Shown here piece by piece: positions 57,401 through 64,000 of a DNA stretch of 64,000 nucleotides. The DNA lies in contig NW_019091357.1 of NCBI RefSeq assembly GCF_001949145.1, positions 4,426,228 through 4,490,227 of the forward strand, given 5' to 3'. The translations under genes were made by a program, and so were the position numbers. The DNA comes from Acanthaster planci (taxonomy: Eukaryota). Every line of letters starts with the position of its first letter. Position 1 is the first letter of the stretch. Below the pieces are notes generated by a model. It made no database searches, was not told the DNA's origin, and saw only the letters and a program-made list of their open reading frames with translations.

Positions 57401-60400
57401 TTGAATTTCAAGCCGTTGCGATATCCCCTTGCACATGGCGAACATGCAAGTCATGGGGCCAAAATTGTTTGGTATAATAGGTCCGTATAGCCGCGTACTC
57501 CATGACACTCACCGTAGCCTACTCGTGTGAAAAGAATTGATTGAAATGCACGATCTCATACTGCTTTACACATGTGCAAAACAGAAACATAATGCATGGG
57601 TAACGTGACTAACTTTTTTGGGGGGAGGGGGGAGGGGCGGGCACTTTTTGTCAAAACTCCACGTGGCACCGGTCTTTTCGTCGTCCCCACCCCCCTGCAG
57701 CATGCTCCGTATCCGGTGATACTAGCTGACTCTTCAGGCATAAATTTAAGGACATCTGTAGTGTCTCCTAGGTTTTTGTTTGTGTTTCACTACTGCTATT
57801 TCTGGAATGATGTTTTCATTTTTTTTGTTAATATACAGTCGCCATGACTAAACCGTCTTGAAATTTCCAGTGTGAGCCCTGGAGCATATGGAGCTCTGAA
57901 ACCAAAAAAGACGCCCCTTAAGGCCTTGAAGTTGCGGCCCTCGCTGTGTAGTCACTAGCTGAGGCACGGGCTAGTTGTAGTGGAATTCGATTCCAAGCAA
58001 CAATGCGTCCAAATCTTTATCTAATTCCAGCTTATTGCTGACATTTTTTGTGAAGTGGGTCACATTATGCAGCATGTTTTACTAACTGCTCTGAGTCAGG
58101 AAAGAACTGTCAAGTGCCTGTCAACATTTTGCCGTAGTGTTAAACCAAACGGCGAATGTTTTGTAACGTACAGCCCTATAGCGCACAACGAATTTTGTGC
58201 CTTGTACATGTACATGTACAGTACATGTGTATATATACAGTACATGCACATTGTACAGGGTGTGAACATGTCGAATGTAGTAGGCCCCTGGTGTAGAGTA
58301 ACTGACCGCAACGTCTTATTCAAACACCGCTTTTTGTCGTGTTTCCAATTGTTTAACGGATGAAAAATAATCGAAGACATAAGTACATTAATTCTAGCTT
58401 CCCTTGGGGGTAATGTTTGGCGCAAATACTGAATTTTAGTCAACTAAACTGAATTTCCCGAACTCAGTCTGACTGTACGGCGGGGGTGGTACGCCATTAC
58501 GGTAAGAGCTATTTTGTTATGCAAATGAGAGGCCGCCATTTGGTCGCTGACGAAGCACGGCATGGCCTCTGCTTGCCAAGCCTGACGGTGAGAGATTTTC
58601 GCAAATTTCACTACTTCAGAATTGTTTTAAGACTATCTGTACAACGGGTTTAGATCGGAAAAAGTTTGTTCTTCACTTTTATGTAGTTTTCTAGGCCCCA
58701 ATGTAGTTATTTAGTGTTCATAAATCGTAAAGAGTCTTGACCCGATACACCGGCGTATATGGGGAAACAGGCACATCGCGCGTTACGGAAGTTTTCGTTT
58801 GCACACGTTTGTGAGGAAAAATTGCAAAATGACCTCACATTTTTCGTGTTGCAAAGCTTATATTCTTCCTCGATTTCACAGTAAACGTCGATTTACTAAC
58901 AAAAATCAACTTTCCAGTACTTCAAGGGTGAATTTTTCCTTCCATTCCTTCATGTTTATTCAGTCTTGGTGTCATTTTGGGGTAAAAGAGTGGTTTTTCT
59001 GTGACGGAAGTTGACAACTCTGAAAGAAGCAAGTAATGTTGGCTGTTGAGGCATTGCATCGGATTTTCTTTTCGTTGAGAAACTTGGAGCAGATTTCTTA
59101 ACGATTAAAAATACTCATTTTCAGGTTGTTTAAGATCGGGGAGATTGTCATTTTCTGCAAGTTTATTAATTTCCTTATGGTGTTTTGCCGTGTTTGTGTT
59201 TGTGTGTGTTGTGAAGTGGAAATAAAACGCATTTTGTGGGCTTAAAAAGTGTTGAAACTAAGAATTGCTGCGCATACGTGTCTCCAGTTGATTTGTACTG
59301 CAGCTGTGCGTGCGGGCCTGGCGTGCTTTGTCGCCATTACTAGACGACTGGCTTTTTTTCTTTAAAATGTTTAAGCGTGTGTATCTCCATTTTTCAAAAC
59401 ACTTTGTAAATTCCGTGGAGCAAATTCAGTGTTGGTTTGTGCACGCTTATGATTTCAGTTATAATGAATGAAATTATGGTTTGTTGTTTTTCTGGTTTTT
59501 GAATTCTTATTTGTTTGAAGGGTGGATTCTTCAAGATGAAATTAAGTTTTATCCCTGTCAAGGTTCTTAGGAATTTTGTCGACTGAAATTTTTAATCGGA
59601 GACAATAAGAAAAAAAGAAAAGACAACTCAACTTATTAATATTACTTGATATTAAAATTACTTAATCTCATTAAAAGCATGAAAAACAGTGGGCGACGTA
59701 CATTTCTTTCACTTATGAAGTGTGAATTTGTGTTTAAGTTCACATGGAGAAATGTATCATGATGCCATAAACGCGCTTTAGCTGTCTTCACTTAAACACA
59801 TTTTTGGTATAAAATAACAGGTGAATATTTATGTAAGCTCGCTATAGCACCCAGGCACACCTGGTGTGTGCCTTTTCTAAATTCAGTTTTTCTTTTACTG
59901 TTTTTGTCAATGAGATACACATTTTCCTTTTTTCCCTTAGTTTCCTTTTTTTATTCATGACTGGCTACATGAAATTAATAACTGTGAAGACCCCCAAAAA
60001 ACTGTCAGTAAAACTTTATGCGCCCCAGTTTAATTCTTGTTCTGTTCATCTCTATTTGTGGAACCCCCTCCCCATTCCTTTCATCCTTCCTCCCCCCCCC
60101 CTCGGTAAATGCTAGATTGGCCACTACAAACTGCACAAGACAAGAATACTCAATAATTCACTTGTGATGTGACACTGTCATCAAGTAATGGTGCTCATGA
60201 ATTCACATGATTACATTTGCATAGATATACGTGTACACACCGAGTTTTTGACACCACTAAGGATGTTGGGGAGGCTTAATTTGCTTGACTATCTGCAATT
60301 TAGAGTTTCACCAAACCAGTAGAAGGCATTCCCTAATTCCATACAAACTATATCAATAAACACTGAGGTAACTACCGTACTTATACTGAAGACTAACCAA

Positions 60401-62147
60401 AGCTTACATGGGGTATTGTCTCTTCTTAATCATATTTCTTTGTGCTGAGCTAGGAGACAGCGAAATTCAGGAACATTAAGTTGACGCCTCTCAAATCAGT
60501 AGCATGAGACCTGGCCATACAAAGTGATAAATGCATGATATTCTGTCTGTTTTTAATCTTTTCGATTTCAATTATAAGAATGAGCTCATTTTTGAAAGGC
60601 AAAAGATGTGTCTACACTGTCATCTATGACTGATCAGAGTAACTTTCATGAAGAGTTTAAATGATTTTGACCCACAGTGTCTTTTGAAAATATGAATATA
60701 GGAGCAGAGCTCATCTCAGTCATGCCCCATGTCGTAGTTCAGACTGGTTACATTCGGTCCAAGGTCAACCAATTGATAACAATTCTATGACAGCGTGGTG
60801 GAAACCGTGCAGTCTCTACAGTGCTGATTCATTTCAGCCGGTCATTTATTTGTATCTTTGCGTCTGAGGTTAATCATGTACAATAATAAATTTTTATGCT
60901 ACATTCGAGAATATAGAATGAACAGAACCATAAATGGTTGTTCCCAACAGTCACGACTGTTTGGGCAAAAGGAAAACAAATTAAATGATCGGAAAGTGTT
61001 CATCTTTATTGCAAATAGCCTCATGTGAGTCAATCACTGTAATTAGACTTTCACAAGTCTGCCTATTCTGTGAAAAGGCTCTTCACAGGTCTCACGGCCT
61101 CAAAATGTTGTTACATGATTTCCACCCCCGTTCTGACCCAGGTACAGCCAATAGAATTTGGCCTGCAAAAAAAGAAAGAAAGAAAGAAAAAAAAGCGATG
61201 TACACATGTACTGAACTGTGCATTTTTCCTCCTGACCCCTTTAGTCTACCCGAGATAAGTTTGGTGGGGTGACTTCCTGTATTTCTCACATGTGGACGAA
61301 CATGTGTGAGGAGAATTGAATTGCCTGAGCACACATGGAGTAATATGCCAAACGGTAGAAATAATTTATTCCTAAATGGCTGAGGATGTAGAACCTATAT
61401 TCCACTTTGCATGCTGTACACAGGTAGAGTTACGTACAAGAGTGCTCTCGGCAACATTCAACATTAACCCAGACGATATCATTTGCCTTTTATCACGGCG
61501 CGTACAGTTGTAAGCCTTCATGTTTAGTTGGGGCTGTTACCTTGCCATTTTGATTTTTGAAAACAGTAGATAGGTATTAATTACTTTATTGTGGGTGGGG
61601 GAGCTCTTAAATTTTTTCTGGGTGCAGACACGGTGAGTTTTCATGTCAATTATTAAACAGAATAGCTAGATGGTGTAATGCAGGGTTTAGAAAAATATCT
61701 GTCCCTGGTTTTTTCTTCATTGTGCTGTTTTGGTTCTCCAAGTTTATTTGGAGATATCCAAATACTCGGAGATTATCTTTCATGCACTTTTTCAAAGTTA
61801 TGCCCATTTTTGTGCATGTACATGTACAATGTTTAAGTCTTGTTTAAAGTAGTCATGCAAGGTCAAAACCAAGACTTGACAATTTATATTGAGCATGCAT
61901 GTACACGTATGTCTGTGTTGTACATGTATGTGGGCACAGATGATTGGGTTCATGATGTACATCTCCTGTGTGTGTTTGTACATTCACATGTAAGTTAACA
62001 TGTTCATTGTGCCTTGCATATATAGTTGTGTCAGCCCCATGTGTGACACTCTGGAAGTGAGTACTGAAGCTGTTGTTTGCTTTCTTTTGAAGGCCTTTGA
62101 GAAAACCAGCTTGTGTAATTGGTAGTTATTTCTAGCAGCAATACCTT

Positions 62148-62426
62148 CAGGGTTCCCGTGGCCTGGAAAAGTCATGGAAATTTGTTTTCGTTTTCCAGGC
62201 CTGCAAAAGTCATGGAATTGTGTAAAAATGACTAAGTCATGGAATTTTTCAAACACAGCGTGTGATTTCTATTGCCAGATAGTAGTGCTTAAAATGAGTT
62301 ATTTTTATGTGCAACTTTAAAAGTCTGAATAGTCCAAGAAAATGCATTATTGGGTCATATAGATTTTCATAATTTGGTCATGGGAAAACCATGGAATTTA
62401 TGTGTCCTTTAGGTGCAGAAACCCTG
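62148..62426. mobile_element. hAT-like MITE
   Basis: CAGGGTT...AACCCTG termini; repeated gtcatggaa subterminal motif (62171, 62209, 62236, variant at 62377); no TSD seen. Confidence 0.65.
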
Positions 62427-64000
62427 GACATTTTTCTGACAGTGATAAACTGTTTTATGATGTGCCAAGATAATTGTCATCAGAAAGCTTGTTTATGTCT
62501 CTAACTGCTTAATGTTAGGAAAAGTAAGTCACGAGTTGTATGCGGTTCTTTGTAAATATTTGTTTTATGACACAAAACTCAGTGAAGCAGGCCAGTCACA
62601 TGAGCAGTCACATCTTGCTCCTGTGGTTTAACATTGCTGCAAGTGTTAAACGCATTAAAACATCTGACGTATGCAAAGCAGCATGCAGGCTGTAATTGGA
62701 GTGAAAACAATAGGGCACGATATGCTGGTACAATGTTATCATTCCCTTTTGCTGTCAAAAATGGACGGAACAAAATCTGCGTGTCGGCGTTGACACTTAA
62801 AAAAAAAAAACGGACTGTGATTTTTAGTTCAAAACAGATATCGCACCCTGTAGTTTCAATCCCACTTTTGCTGCCCCCCATGCTGGTGCACATGAACAGT
62901 GGAGAGGTCAAGACTTGGCAAAACATGCAAAACCATCAGAGAGCACGGTGAACATCATGGTGACTTACCAGCCTCCGTTAGAGTTTTGTGTCTTATAAAT
63001 GTTCTTGGCGTGATAAAAACCGATGCAGAAGTGCACATGCATATACATGTAGTTTGCACATGTACATTAATTCTCCTATACTGACACGTTAGGCAGAGCA
63101 CATGTACATGTACATGCATGTACTTGAGATAGTAATGAGTATTTGGTGCGTACATGTACATGTCAAACACAATAGCGCACAAAAGGGATTAAGTTTGCAT
63201 GTGAATGCAATCATTTGAGAACGTGCACATCATGAATGTACCTACAGAGCAGAAATGAACATTTGAAATTGTCAAATCTTGGCTCAACAAAGAACTGATT
63301 AGCATGTGATACCAGGGAGCAATTAAAATGGTCCTCTGTAATAGCTCCATGGTGATGCCTACATGCCCATGTACATGCCCATGTGCACTGCAAATACAGA
63401 GGAACCATTTAACTGGTTTGAAAGTGTCATGATTGCAGGCCAATATCATGGTTATATATCTGCTTGCAGGAAGTGAATTTATCTTGCAATCGAATGTACT
63501 GCAGATTAAAGCAATTCCCTTCCCACTAGTGCATGTCGTGATCCATGGCTTTTGAGCATCAACACCGATGTGAGACCAAAATAATGGAGACACCTACTAC
63601 AAGCAAGGTTGCCACAATAAACCGCCTCTGTACCCAGTTACTGTAGATATGAATCTTCCCGGGTGAGGAAATGTAGATTCTGATAGAAGCAAAAACAGGG
63701 GGGGAGAGGAGATTATCATTCATCAGTCTGTTTAATGACCATTTCAACCATGTCCCTCCTCACCCTCCATGTTCTGCAAGCTGAGCTAATTCCCCTGACT
63801 AATCAAATTCTGTGCCCATACATCAGAGTGGGCTTTAAAGCCTATATAACTGTTGCCTCATGTGTTTTTGCATTTTAAAACATTTTGGGATTGAGTCGGT
63901 GCTTTGCAAGTTCTGTGGAAAATCCCCCCCCCCGTACTAAGACGCCACCAATTGTGACACAACTGCCCTTTGACCCACAGTTCTACCTGGCTGACTGATG

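Noticed and set aside
43200..64000. Many 60-130 aa ORFs as a third gene
   Set aside because: Compositionally non-coding, no domains, and no consistent exon chain found

Overview
Eukaryotic (metazoan, probably invertebrate bilaterian) draft genomic DNA with GT-AG introns, one 140-N gap and three single-N joins. Two spliced genes were reconstructed by hand, facing tail-to-tail. (1) On the + strand is a MYT1/MYT1L/ST18-family neural C2HC zinc-finger transcription factor: 16 coding exons from 28 to 23635, start codon upstream of the window. It has seven C2HC fingers in a 1+2+4 layout, a long acidic region and a C-terminal coiled coil. (2) On the - strand is a PCMTD1/2-like L-isoaspartyl methyltransferase-domain/SOCS-box gene: 6 coding exons from 39309 to 31303, about 653 aa, with a very long spacer inside the split SOCS box. 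The rest is intronic or intergenic, with non-autonomous DNA transposons (piggyBac-, Kolobok-, Harbinger- and hAT-like), L2/CR1 LINE 3' ends, microsatellites and candidate promoters. No convincing coding gene was found from 41.6 to 64 kb. Best leads: the Myt1-Pcmtd linkage also seen in vertebrates; a hairpin-dense, uORF-rich candidate Pcmtd 5' UTR exon, whose tandem acceptors could toggle N-myristoylation; and several in-frame cryptic exons. Nothing here proves a new biological system; these are testable candidates.
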